DNA from: Candidatus Daviesbacteria bacterium
GTDB lineage: Bacteria; Patescibacteriota; Microgenomatia; Daviesbacterales; UBA10151
DNA: 64,000 nucleotides
Direction of reading: 5' to 3'
Assembly: GCA_016186955.1 (NCBI GenBank)
Contig: JACPKP010000009.1
Span: forward strand, 97,595-161,594
A program made the position numbers and the translations under genes. Of this stretch, positions 9,485-18,344 are shown piece by piece. Numbering within the stretch: position 1 is the first letter of the stretch; the number at the start of each line of letters is the position of its first letter. Under the pieces are notes generated by a model that had not been told where the DNA came from, searched no databases, and was given only the letters and a program-made list of their open reading frames with translations.

Positions 9485-10189
9485 TTAATGCACAAAAACC
9501 CTGGTGCCCGGGTTTTCAGGAGTGGCCCTGACAGCGTTTACACCGGCAGGCACAACCGGCCCGGTCCACTCAAAAACCTCTGCAGCGTTTGCTAATGGTT
9601 CGTTGACACACCCGTGGCTCATAGGATGCCCAAAATTATTGTGCCAATAAGCGCCATGGAGAGCATAACCTTTATAAAAAAAATTATTATTTGGGACATT
9701 GGGCAGGTTATAATAAGTTCCCCATTCTTTTGACCCCCCAACCATTGATTGGTATCTGGTTTTATACCAGATATGAAAAGTCCCTTTCGGGGTTGGAGCC
9801 CATTTTCCTGATGAAATAGGGAATTCCATGACTACCCTGTTGCCTTCCCACGCCCTGACCCTTTGTTCATCTAAAGACACCTCAATCCATTTTTCCTCCC
9901 CGGCAGAGTTAGTAGTACCCAAAATTTTTGTGTCAGGGTTTTGGTTTGGAAGATTGCTTTGTGCGAGTGAGGTTTTGGGATAATCTATGATTTCATTATT
10001 GAAGAAAGCCAAAGAGGCATTTTCATCAAAGTCCCCATTTGAATTTTCTACCTCTTTTTCATTGCAGCAGGAAATAGTATGATCGCCGGAGATTCCTAAT
10101 TTATAGGCAATCTCACGCCTGATTGGCAGGTATGATAAAGCAAAAAATAGAACAGCAACTAAAACCAGTAGGGGCAGAAAACGGTGCAC
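9485..10189 (-). CDS. L,D-transpeptidase (YkuD) family protein
   Basis: N-terminal TM, TPKG, HGAYWH..SHGCVN. Confidence 0.92.
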   Translation of the reverse strand: MHRFLPLLVLVAVLFFALSYLPIRREIAYKLGISGDHTISCCNEKEVENSNGDFDENASLAFFNNEIIDYPKTSLAQSNLPNQNPDTKILGTTNSAGEEKWIEVSLDEQRVRAWEGNRVVMEFPISSGKWAPTPKGTFHIWYKTRYQSMVGGSKEWGTYYNLPNVPNNNFFYKGYALHGAYWHNNFGHPMSHGCVNEPLANAAEVFEWTGPVVPAGVNAVRATPENPGTRVFVH

Positions 10190-10267
10190 AGTTTCATTTT
10201 GTGCTTAAACCAGGCTGTATGTCAAGGGGGCGTTTGGAGAATTAAAGTTGTGATAATATATTGGTCA

Positions 10268-11353
10268 ATGCATTGGTTTTGGAAGTTGCTAATTGCCGTG
10301 GGTGTGGCGCTTTTTATCTGGTTTACTGTTTTTTTGATACTCCCCAAGATGATGCCCCAGGAAGTTGTGGCTAACTCAGCAGTGCACGGCTTGCTGATAA
10401 GAAACCAAATTTGGGAAGGGACAATCAGGGTAACAGGGGATTTAATCACCGGTCCCTATACAGTGATAACTTTAAAACCCGGCGCCAAACTTTTAGTGGC
10501 AATAGATGGGGATAAAAGCAATTTTGACCTTTTGCCATGGCATAATAAAAACGGCATTAATGTCAATAAAGAATACAGGGGAGTCAGGCCCGGAGAACCA
10601 TTTTGGAATGAAAAAAATAAGATCCAGCTCCATTTCCACAAGCTGGTGGCTATAGGCACCAAGCAGCAACCAATCATTATCAGTTCTGATGCTGTACCCG
10701 GCAGCCCTTATGATTTTAATGTGATCTCTGTAGACAGCGGTGTTTTATCTAATGCAGTAGTATCAAACTACAGAAGGTTTGAAGTGGGTAAAGATGTTAC
10801 GGTCCGGTCTTCACGGTTGACAAATACAGGGGAGTGTGCAATTTGTATAACTTCGGGGCGGCCCTCTATTATCAACAATGTCTTTAGCAGCAATTTGAGG
10901 GAATATATCCGGGTTGATAGGGGAAGCCCGCAGATTGCAGACAATGAGTTTGAAAAATCAACAGGTGCAGGCATAAGAATAGATCCGGTCCGGATTGGCG
11001 CACCGCTGATCTTCCATAACAACTTTGAGATGTCCCAAACTTTGGCAATAGATGTAGTTGGGGGCGGGGAAAACCAGGGTGGCACAGTTTTTCTGAATAG
11101 ATTTTCAGGAGGGACAATAATTCAGGTTCCTTGCAACAGCAGATTAAAATTTTTACAAAACAGCATACTTGGTGTAGTTTCATTTTCAACCGGCAGTTGT
11201 ATCGGGTCTTATACTTTTGGCTCGAATTATTGGGGCGCCCAAGATTTTCCAACCATTATGTCAGACCAGATTATTTTGAAAGAGAAACAGTTTCGGGTAT
11301 CAATACCGGTAATCCTGAAGGAACCTCCAATTCAGGTTGGCAGAAGAGAGTAA
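10268..11353 (+). CDS. Membrane-anchored right-handed beta-helix protein
   Basis: N-terminal TM from ATG 10268; repeated PxIxxNxF beta-helix units. Confidence 0.7.
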   Translation: MHWFWKLLIAVGVALFIWFTVFLILPKMMPQEVVANSAVHGLLIRNQIWEGTIRVTGDLITGPYTVITLKPGAKLLVAIDGDKSNFDLLPWHNKNGINVNKEYRGVRPGEPFWNEKNKIQLHFHKLVAIGTKQQPIIISSDAVPGSPYDFNVISVDSGVLSNAVVSNYRRFEVGKDVTVRSSRLTNTGECAICITSGRPSIINNVFSSNLREYIRVDRGSPQIADNEFEKSTGAGIRIDPVRIGAPLIFHNNFEMSQTLAIDVVGGGENQGGTVFLNRFSGGTIIQVPCNSRLKFLQNSILGVVSFSTGSCIGSYTFGSNYWGAQDFPTIMSDQIILKEKQFRVSIPVILKEPPIQVGRRE

Positions 11354-11381
11354 GTCTGAATGAGTAGATGCCGTAGAAAGG

Positions 11382-12383
11382 ATGACAAATTCTGTACGTA
11401 ATATTATTTTATGGGTAGGTTGTTTAAGTTTAGTTGTTTTAATGATTGCGGGTTTTTTCTATTTGAAACACCGGCAAGTAAAATTAATCTCACCTATTTT
11501 TGGCATTCCCAAAAATAGGTTTGCCGATAATATCTGGTTTCCTAAAGAAGCTTCAGATGAATCGGAACCTGCCATGTTTTACAAAATCAGCGCCCGCTCG
11601 GCATTTTTTGTAGAAACCCGGACAGGACAGGTTTTGTTTGAAAAGAATGCCCATCAAAAGCTGCCGGTTGCATCACTGGTTAAGATTATGACTGTTATTA
11701 TTGCGCTTGAAAACAGGAGTTTTGATGAAATTTTGCAGGTGTCTGCAAAGGCTGCAAATATGGAACCGGACAGGATGATTTTAATTGAGGGGGAAAAACT
11801 TAGGTTGGAGGAGTTGCTGGATGGTATTTTTCTGGTTTCAGCCAACGATGCGGCCGAGGTTTTAGCGGAAAGGGCAACAGGCAGAAGGGAAGACCTGCCT
11901 GCCCTGACTGCCGTTAGGCAGGCCGGCAGGCAGGAGTTTATCAATTTAATGAATTCTAAAGCTTTGCAACTTGGGATGGGGGATAGTCAGTTTATTAACC
12001 CTACCGGCTTGGAAGAGGATGGGCGTAGCCAGTATTCCAGCGCTTATGATGTTGCTTTGATGGTACGCTATGCGATCTACAAATGGCCTCATTTAGTGGA
12101 AATCTCCTCAAAGCAGCATATTTTTATTCCGGAAACCGATACTCACCAGGATTATGATCTGTATTCGGGGATAAACTTGCTGACAACCTACCCTGGGGTG
12201 TTGGGTTTTAAGACAGGTTATACTCCGGAAGCCGGGCTTACTCTGGCTACCTTAGCAAGAAGGGAAGGGAAGGAGGTTTTAGGAGTGATATTGGGTTCGG
12301 AGGACAGGAGGGATGATGCCAAAGAGCTGTTGGACTATTCTTTTAAAAAATTGGGTGTGAAAAATGAGACTGCATCAGACTAG
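11382..12383 (+). CDS. D-Ala-D-Ala carboxypeptidase (peptidase S11) with in-frame palindromic insertion
   Basis: SLVK, SAN and KTG motifs, NPTGL. Confidence 0.92.
   Translation: MTNSVRNIILWVGCLSLVVLMIAGFFYLKHRQVKLISPIFGIPKNRFADNIWFPKEASDESEPAMFYKISARSAFFVETRTGQVLFEKNAHQKLPVASLVKIMTVIIALENRSFDEILQVSAKAANMEPDRMILIEGEKLRLEELLDGIFLVSANDAAEVLAERATGRREDLPALTAVRQAGRQEFINLMNSKALQLGMGDSQFINPTGLEEDGRSQYSSAYDVALMVRYAIYKWPHLVEISSKQHIFIPETDTHQDYDLYSGINLLTTYPGVLGFKTGYTPEAGLTLATLARREGKEVLGVILGSEDRRDDAKELLDYSFKKLGVKNETASD
11894..11934. repeat. Nested CCTGCCTGCCGGCAGGCAGG-family palindromic element in the S11 gene
   Basis: CCTGCCTG[C-CCTGACTGCCGTTAGGCAGG]CCGGCAGGCAGG, encoding LPALTAVRQAGRQ. Confidence 0.85.
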
Positions 12384-12489
12384 ATCTTCCCTACTCCCCT
12401 GTTGAGCCTGTGATATTGTGCGACAACGAAAATTAAAGGTGAGAATAAATTGAAATTTTAGTCCAAAATTTGTTATTATACCCGGCAAG

Positions 12490-12675
12490 ATGCAACTTGA
12501 AAGAAAAATTTGTGAGTGCTGTAAGATTCTTTTTCTGCGTCCGTATTTTACGGATTATAGACAATGCTTGAAGTGTCTGGAACCTGAGCCAGAGGAAGGG
12601 GTAGAAAAAACTGCACAACGGCTTTTAGAGCAGGTTTTTCCAGATGGACTTTCAGCCAGTTTGGAACAAGATTGA
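12490..12675 (+). CDS. Small putative zinc-ribbon protein
   Basis: CECC...CLKC pair plus acidic tail; TTGAAA..TATTAT upstream. Confidence 0.5.
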   Translation: MQLERKICECCKILFLRPYFTDYRQCLKCLEPEPEEGVEKTAQRLLEQVFPDGLSASLEQD

Positions 12676-12715
12676 TCACCACCAGTGAAGAATAACAATT
12701 TTGTATAATCTAGAA

Positions 12716-13279
12716 ATGCTGATTGTTTTGCTTTACACGGTAGTTGTTTTATTTGGTTTGGTAATCCCCTGCCTGATTATTTTATATGCTGTTTTTGAGA
12801 TAAGAAGCGGTTTTTTAGGTGCGCCTTATGTACCGACAACCAGTGCCTTTGTGAATGAAATTTTGAAAAAAGCAGCGCTTAAAAAAGGCAATTTTTTTAT
12901 GGAGCTTGGAAGCGGTGACGGGAGGGTGGTGAGGGCAGCTGTCAAAAATTACGGGGTGAGGGGAATGGGAGTAGAACTTAATCCCCTGCTTATAATTTAT
13001 GCTTCCCTACTCGCCCGCCTCCAGGGGCTGCGGGAAATAAAATTTAAAAGGGAGAATTTTTTTGATACTGATTTAAAAAAATGCGATACTCTATTTTTAT
13101 TCTTACTGCCAAAAACTTTGATTAAATTGCGCCCAAAAATAGAGAAGGAATGCAAACGATGTTTGGTCATCTCACACGGGTTTAAAATTGATGGGTGGGA
13201 TAAATATTTAATGGAAAAACAAAACCGCAAACTCTTCCCTACCTATTTTTATGAGATTGCTTCGCTCCGCTCGCAATGA
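12716..13279 (+). CDS. Membrane-anchored class I SAM-dependent methyltransferase (FAM173/DOT1-like)
   Basis: N-terminal TM, GAPYVPT, ELGSGDGR; TATAAT 6 nt before ATG 12716. Confidence 0.85.
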   Translation: MLIVLLYTVVVLFGLVIPCLIILYAVFEIRSGFLGAPYVPTTSAFVNEILKKAALKKGNFFMELGSGDGRVVRAAVKNYGVRGMGVELNPLLIIYASLLARLQGLREIKFKRENFFDTDLKKCDTLFLFLLPKTLIKLRPKIEKECKRCLVISHGFKIDGWDKYLMEKQNRKLFPTYFYEIASLRSQ

Positions 13280-13281
13280 CG
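13253..13281. repeat. CGTC/GTCAT-type REP-like element forming the last codons and stop of the methyltransferase
   Basis: GAGATTGCTTCGCTCCGCTCGCAATGACG (rc CGTCATTGCGAGCGGAGCGAAGCAATCTC). Confidence 0.8.
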
Positions 13282-13328
13282 AAAAAAGGGTTGTAGGTTC
13301 AAAAGTTCTATGGTAAAATCTTTTCCAA

Positions 13329-14822
13329 ATGGAGAGAGTAAATTTACACCCGGATCTGCAAAGTAGTGAGTTTAATTTAGATGAAATATGTTTTCCCCCG
13401 CGCAGAATTCCCAATTTTGAATGGAGTGATGTAGACCTTTCGACTCAACTGACACGAAATATCCGCCTTCGGGGTATTCCGCTACTAAGCTCTCCAATGG
13501 ATACAGTGACTGGTTCAAAAATGGCAATACTGATGGCTTTAATGGGAGGAATTGGGGTCATCCATTATAACTTTCCGACAATTGAAGATCAGATGAAAGA
13601 GGTAGAAAAAGTAAGAAAATTTGAGGCAGGCTTTGTGAAAAACCCGGCAGTGATATCTCCCAAAATAAAAATAAGCCAGGTGATTGAGCTTATTAATCAG
13701 AATGGATTTTCCAGTTACCCTGTTACCGAAGATGGGACACTGCAAACTAAACTGGTTGGTATGGTGACTGAAAAAGATATTTTTGACAATTTAGAATTGG
13801 GTGTTAGTTTAGACAGCAAAGTCAACAAAATCATGACTACTGCAGAAAATCTAGTAACTGAAAGTAGAAAAAATACTTTAGATAAAAATGATATAAAAGC
13901 AGCAAATAAAAAAATTAGGGAAACGCATATTGATACGTTGCCGATTGTGGATAAAGATTTTAAGTTGGCAGCGTTGGTTACAAGAAGTGATTTAGATAAA
14001 AACCGGGAATTTGAATTAGCGACTAAGGATGAAAATAAACAATTAAAAGTTTTAGTTGCTGTTGAGTCCAGGTTTAATAATGTGAAAGAAAGAATTGCGC
14101 AAGCAGCTTATTATGGGGCGACAGGTATTGTTGTAGACTCCCGGAATATTTATGAAGATGGTATTCCAACTGCAAAATTTACCAAAAAAGAATTCCCGGG
14201 CCTTGAGGTCGTTTTAGGAAATTTAGTTACAGCAGAAGTTGCTAAAGATGTGTTTGAAAGATGTATTGTTGATGGGCTTAGGGTTGGGATGGGAGGGGGT
14301 AAAGTTTGTATAACAGCAGAAAGACTGGGGCTCACAAGAGATTTGGGGGCTGCCACAAGGGATGTGGCAGAGGTGAGGAATTTTTATATAAGGAAAAGTG
14401 GATATGTGGGTCTTTGGATAGATGGTGGGGTAGAATACCCAAAGCATTTTGTGGGTGGAATGATCCTTGGGGCAGATGGGGCAATGATGGGAACTGAGTT
14501 AGCCGGGCTTGAAGAATCCCCGGGGAACAGGATTTTAGATGATAGGGGATTGTTGGTAAAAACAGTTAGAGGTATGGGTTCTCCACAAGCAATAATGGAA
14601 AGACAAGGTGCTTCAAGATATGGGTTAGAAAATGTCAAGCTGCGCAGATACCCTGAAGGTATTGAAAAAAAAGTGCCATATAAAGGGGACGGCTTAGATT
14701 ATTTAAATGAGATGTTGTGTGGAATTAAACAAGCTATGCATGGGTTGGGATGTAAAAACATTAAAGAACTCCGGCTTCATGGTTATATTGCGCCCTGGCA
14801 CCGCTCACCCCTAAAGTCCTGA
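13329..14822 (+). CDS. guaB: IMP dehydrogenase-like protein with CBS pair (divergent)
   Basis: SSPMDTVT, GGIGVIH, CBS domains, catalytic Cys in GMGGGKVC, DGG, RGMGS, PEG. Confidence 0.8.
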   Translation: MERVNLHPDLQSSEFNLDEICFPPRRIPNFEWSDVDLSTQLTRNIRLRGIPLLSSPMDTVTGSKMAILMALMGGIGVIHYNFPTIEDQMKEVEKVRKFEAGFVKNPAVISPKIKISQVIELINQNGFSSYPVTEDGTLQTKLVGMVTEKDIFDNLELGVSLDSKVNKIMTTAENLVTESRKNTLDKNDIKAANKKIRETHIDTLPIVDKDFKLAALVTRSDLDKNREFELATKDENKQLKVLVAVESRFNNVKERIAQAAYYGATGIVVDSRNIYEDGIPTAKFTKKEFPGLEVVLGNLVTAEVAKDVFERCIVDGLRVGMGGGKVCITAERLGLTRDLGAATRDVAEVRNFYIRKSGYVGLWIDGGVEYPKHFVGGMILGADGAMMGTELAGLEESPGNRILDDRGLLVKTVRGMGSPQAIMERQGASRYGLENVKLRRYPEGIEKKVPYKGDGLDYLNEMLCGIKQAMHGLGCKNIKELRLHGYIAPWHRSPLKS

Positions 14823-14851
14823 TTGACATAAATTTCCAAAACAAATATATT
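14823..14851 (+). promoter_or_regulatory. Sigma70 promoter for 14860-purA
   Basis: TTGACA-17-TATATT, ATG 8 nt downstream. Confidence 0.7.
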
Positions 14852-14859
14852 CCATTTGC

Positions 14860-15639
14860 ATGAGAAAACCTGAAGTTATCGCTGTTTGCGGAGGGCAATG
14901 GGGAGATGAGGGTAAGGGGATTACGCAAGATGAGATCGAAGATAGAATTGCAGTTGCCCGTATTCCAGTTGAACAGGAATTTGGTAGTTTACCAGTTTTT
15001 AAAGTTAAACAAGGTAGGTTTATTAATGAAGTCCCTTTTCGTATAGACCCTGACTATAGAACAAACGATTGGGTTTTTAGGTTTTATCCTAAGTGGAGGG
15101 GATGGGAGCCAGGAACTAATGAGAAATATTTGGCTTATGCTTTTCCGCATGATTTAATACATTTTTATCAATTGGAGAGTTATTCAAAGAGATTAGGAGT
15201 TTTTAGAATTATGCCCAAAGCATTTCATCTAGTTTATGCACAAATTTTTGCTGATTGGTTAGAGGGCGCTGCAGATTTATCAACCTGGAAAGTTATATAC
15301 AATATTCTAAATTCCCAAAATGATTTTTTGGCGACTAATCAAGATGGACTTGGCAAATATTTCTCGGACAGGTTAGCAATGGTTTTAACAGGATTAAAAA
15401 AAGAAAAATTAATTGAAAACTCATCAATAAGCGATCTTGGTCTTCCTTTTTATCTTCCAGAGAATATGGGAAAATCTGCCAACCAACTAGCTGAACAATT
15501 GAAAATGAAAAAATCCGACAGATATGCTAGGGGTGTTTTGAGGAGCGCTAGCATTATATCGAAAACAGGCATCTCCCTTAAAGAATTATTACAGACCCCT
15601 ATGAGTAATAAGGAGTTAAAACAAAAGGCAGGGATTTAA
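14860..15639 (+). CDS. Orphan protein with a PurA-derived 20-aa N-terminus and a zincin-like HDLIH...EG motif
   Basis: First 20 aa identical to PurA; remainder unrelated, with PHDLIHFYQ and WLEGAAD. Confidence 0.7.
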   Translation: MRKPEVIAVCGGQWGDEGKGITQDEIEDRIAVARIPVEQEFGSLPVFKVKQGRFINEVPFRIDPDYRTNDWVFRFYPKWRGWEPGTNEKYLAYAFPHDLIHFYQLESYSKRLGVFRIMPKAFHLVYAQIFADWLEGAADLSTWKVIYNILNSQNDFLATNQDGLGKYFSDRLAMVLTGLKKEKLIENSSISDLGLPFYLPENMGKSANQLAEQLKMKKSDRYARGVLRSASIISKTGISLKELLQTPMSNKELKQKAGI

Positions 15640-15701
15640 GATGAGAAAACCTGAAGTTATCGCTGTTTGCGGGGGGCAATGGGGGGATGAGGGTAAGGGG
15701 A
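14860..15701 (+). repeat. 61-nt direct repeat of the purA 5' end (14860-14920 and 15641-15701)
   Basis: ATGAGAAAACCTGAAGTTATCGCTGTTTGCGGRGGGCAATGGGGRGATGAGGGTAAGGGGA with two synonymous A/G differences. Confidence 0.95.
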
Positions 15702-17029
15702 AGATTATAGATTATCTTGCACAGGAGGCAGATGTTGTCATCAGGGCCCAGGGTGGAGACAACGCCGGGCATACAGTTGTAAATCCGTTTGGTAAGTTTG
15801 GGCTTCATCTTATACCTGCAGGAATTTTTAACCCTTTCACGGAAAACATTATCGGTGCAGGTGTTGCCTTAAATCCCAAGAGTTTAATGGAGGAGATGGA
15901 AAATTTAAGTCAGCATGGGGTGCCTTTAGATAATTTAAAAATCAGTCCCAAAGCACATCTGGTTTTTGATTATCACGAAGAGTTAGACAAGCTGCAGGAA
16001 CAGTTAAAAGGTAACGGAAAAATAGGGACAACCGGACGCGGGATAGGCCCCTGCTATATGGATAAGGCTGAAAGGGTGGGGTTGCGGGCAGAACTTTTGA
16101 CCGGCGACCCCTACATTCTGCTTGATGAAATGAGTAAAGCTCTAAAATCAAAGAGGGATGCGTTGGTTGGCAGAAATCTCGCAGCAGCGGTTGATAGTTA
16201 TCTTGAAAGCGAATATGGCGGGGGGCCGGGATTTATTTCCAATGAAGATATCGGCAGGATGGTAGTGGTGAGTGCGGATTTGATTCCCGACTCATTCCAT
16301 GCAGAATATTATGAAGAGTTAATTTTAAATGCGCACAGGCTGCTTGCCCCTATAATCACAGACACTGATGAAATTGTGCACCAGCGCCTGAATAAGAATT
16401 CGCGGATTTTGATTGAAGGGGCGCATGGGACTCTTTTGGATTTGGATCATGGAACATACCCAATGGTAACTTCATCAAGCCCGACAGTGGCCGGGCTACT
16501 TTTGGGTTCAGGGATCCCCCCTAAATATTTAACACGCTCGATAGGGGTGTTTAAAGCTTACCAAACCAGGGTTGGCGCAGGTGGCATGCCAACAGAGCTA
16601 AAAGATGCACAAGGTGAGTTAATCAGGCAGAAAGGGCATGAATTTGGGACTACCACAGGCAGGCCAAGAAGGGTGGGATATTTTGACACGTTAGCTTGGG
16701 AATACGCAATGAAAATGAATGGTTTTTCAGAAATTGCCCTGACAAGACTTGATATCTTATCAGGAGTCGGAGACTTAAAGATCTGTTATGAATATGAGCA
16801 TAAAGGAGAAATTTTAGAAAGCTTTCCAACTGATTCAAGAATTCTGGGTGAATGTAGCGCTCGTTATCTGGAAAATGATAAGAAAGAAGGTTGGGATGAG
16901 GATATCAGCGGAGTAAGGAGATTTGAGGATTTACCGCTTAATGCTCAGAATTATATAGGGAGTACTATTGCAAAACCAAAATTCGTTGGTGTTGGTGAGA
17001 AAAGGGAAGACCTAATTATTATAAAATAA
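15641..17029 (+). CDS. purA: Adenylosuccinate synthetase
   Basis: QWGDEGKGK, GGDNAGHT, GTTGRGIGP, EGAHG, GTTTGRPRR. Confidence 0.95.
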   Translation: MRKPEVIAVCGGQWGDEGKGKIIDYLAQEADVVIRAQGGDNAGHTVVNPFGKFGLHLIPAGIFNPFTENIIGAGVALNPKSLMEEMENLSQHGVPLDNLKISPKAHLVFDYHEELDKLQEQLKGNGKIGTTGRGIGPCYMDKAERVGLRAELLTGDPYILLDEMSKALKSKRDALVGRNLAAAVDSYLESEYGGGPGFISNEDIGRMVVVSADLIPDSFHAEYYEELILNAHRLLAPIITDTDEIVHQRLNKNSRILIEGAHGTLLDLDHGTYPMVTSSSPTVAGLLLGSGIPPKYLTRSIGVFKAYQTRVGAGGMPTELKDAQGELIRQKGHEFGTTTGRPRRVGYFDTLAWEYAMKMNGFSEIALTRLDILSGVGDLKICYEYEHKGEILESFPTDSRILGECSARYLENDKKEGWDEDISGVRRFEDLPLNAQNYIGSTIAKPKFVGVGEKREDLIIIK

Positions 17030-17034
17030 CTTAT

Positions 17035-17310
17035 ATGACTGAAAGAATGCCCTTTGACCAGGAAGAGATGGCTAAGATTTTTCAGAAAGCTGAAAAACAG
17101 CAACAGTTTTGGGATGGACATTATCAGGATTTTGTAAAACAAAAAAAGTATTTAAATAAATTTGTGGCGGTAAATAATCAAGATGGGCAGGTGGTAGCCT
17201 ACAGCAAAGATTTGCTTAAGGTTTTAGATAAAATAAAAGGGAAAGGGTTGAGTTTAAACGAAGTTTGGGTGAGGTTCATCACCGATAACCCGCAGAAGCT
17301 GATGTTGTAA
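17035..17310 (+). CDS. Small DUF5678-like protein
   Basis: KYLNKFVAV..GQVVAYSKDL pattern. Confidence 0.6.
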   Translation: MTERMPFDQEEMAKIFQKAEKQQQFWDGHYQDFVKQKKYLNKFVAVNNQDGQVVAYSKDLLKVLDKIKGKGLSLNEVWVRFITDNPQKLML

Positions 17311-17311
17311 A

Positions 17312-18280
17312 TTACTTGCCGGTAGCTTTCAAAAGCTCCCACATAACCTTTGCCCGTAAATTATCAGCTCCAAAACTATAAACAACATTTATCGCGATCG
17401 CCTGATCTTTTTCTCTTGGCAACTCAAAATGTTTGTGTCGGATACCATGAACAAAACTCCATTCCTCATGAATTTTCACAACAACTATTTTCCAAATTTC
17501 TCTTTGGGTTTGGGCGAGCTCCCTCAAGGCCCCGAATAAAAACTCACGGTTTTGCTGGTTTATCTCTGGTGGGAAAGAAGGCGACAAGAAAAACACAGCC
17601 GTTTGTTGAGGATCTAAGGTTTTTCCTTGACTGAATGGCGGTAAAGGGTCTGACGGAAGGGGTTGCCCATATGATAATAAATTTTCGAGATCAGACTGCT
17701 TTTTTACTGAAATGCTTCTAAACCAGAGTGGGTTTGCGGCAAAACATAAATGAAAAGTTTCATTGAATCCTAATTTTCTGATGATATAAGGCAGGTATTT
17801 TTTAAGTTCTTCCTGGATTTCTACAGCTTTACCATCGGAAATACTTTTATCAGTTATAATACCCCAGTCAAAATCCGGCTCTTTTATAGAACCTGATGCT
17901 TCGCGCACCATAGCGCCCCCATGAATAGAGCTTCCCAACAAAACCACAGCTTGGATTTCCGGATATTTTTTAGATAATATTTCAAACGCAAAATTGGCTA
18001 CCCCAGCCATTTTTGGGTGGATTGTCACCTCTTCTTCAATCAAAGCATCTGCCAGTTTGTCTAAGCCTATTTTTTCTTCATATCTTCTTACTTCATCAAT
18101 AATTTTATTCAGAGATTGCTGTTTGGGTAATTGTTTTGATATAGCAGCCCTTCGGATGAGTCTTTTAAAGGCATATTTCCATTGTTTGGGGCTTAATGGT
18201 AATGGCGGATCTTCTATAGTTTGATTGGGTTCGTTGTTATCTTTGAGGGGTTCTTCATCTGTTTCAGTATCTTCGTCCAT
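17312..18280 (-). CDS. Hypothetical protein with a pol-beta nucleotidyltransferase-like motif
   Basis: [10 protein letters not shown] followed by DFDWGII. Confidence 0.6.
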   Translation of the reverse strand: MDEDTETDEEPLKDNNEPNQTIEDPPLPLSPKQWKYAFKRLIRRAAISKQLPKQQSLNKIIDEVRRYEEKIGLDKLADALIEEEVTIHPKMAGVANFAFEILSKKYPEIQAVVLLGSSIHGGAMVREASGSIKEPDFDWGIITDKSISDGKAVEIQEELKKYLPYIIRKLGFNETFHLCFAANPLWFRSISVKKQSDLENLLSYGQPLPSDPLPPFSQGKTLDPQQTAVFFLSPSFPPEINQQNREFLFGALRELAQTQREIWKIVVVKIHEEWSFVHGIRHKHFELPREKDQAIAINVVYSFGADNLRAKVMWELLKATGK

Positions 18281-18344
18281 ATGGCTAAAATACCATAAAG
18301 ATATTCAACAGAGCAAGGCCGTCCAAAAAGAGTATAATAGAGCC

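Noticed and set aside
15641-17029. PurZ (Z-base synthesis) instead of PurA
   Set aside because: Retains the canonical GDEGKG catalytic Asp; PurZ has Ser there
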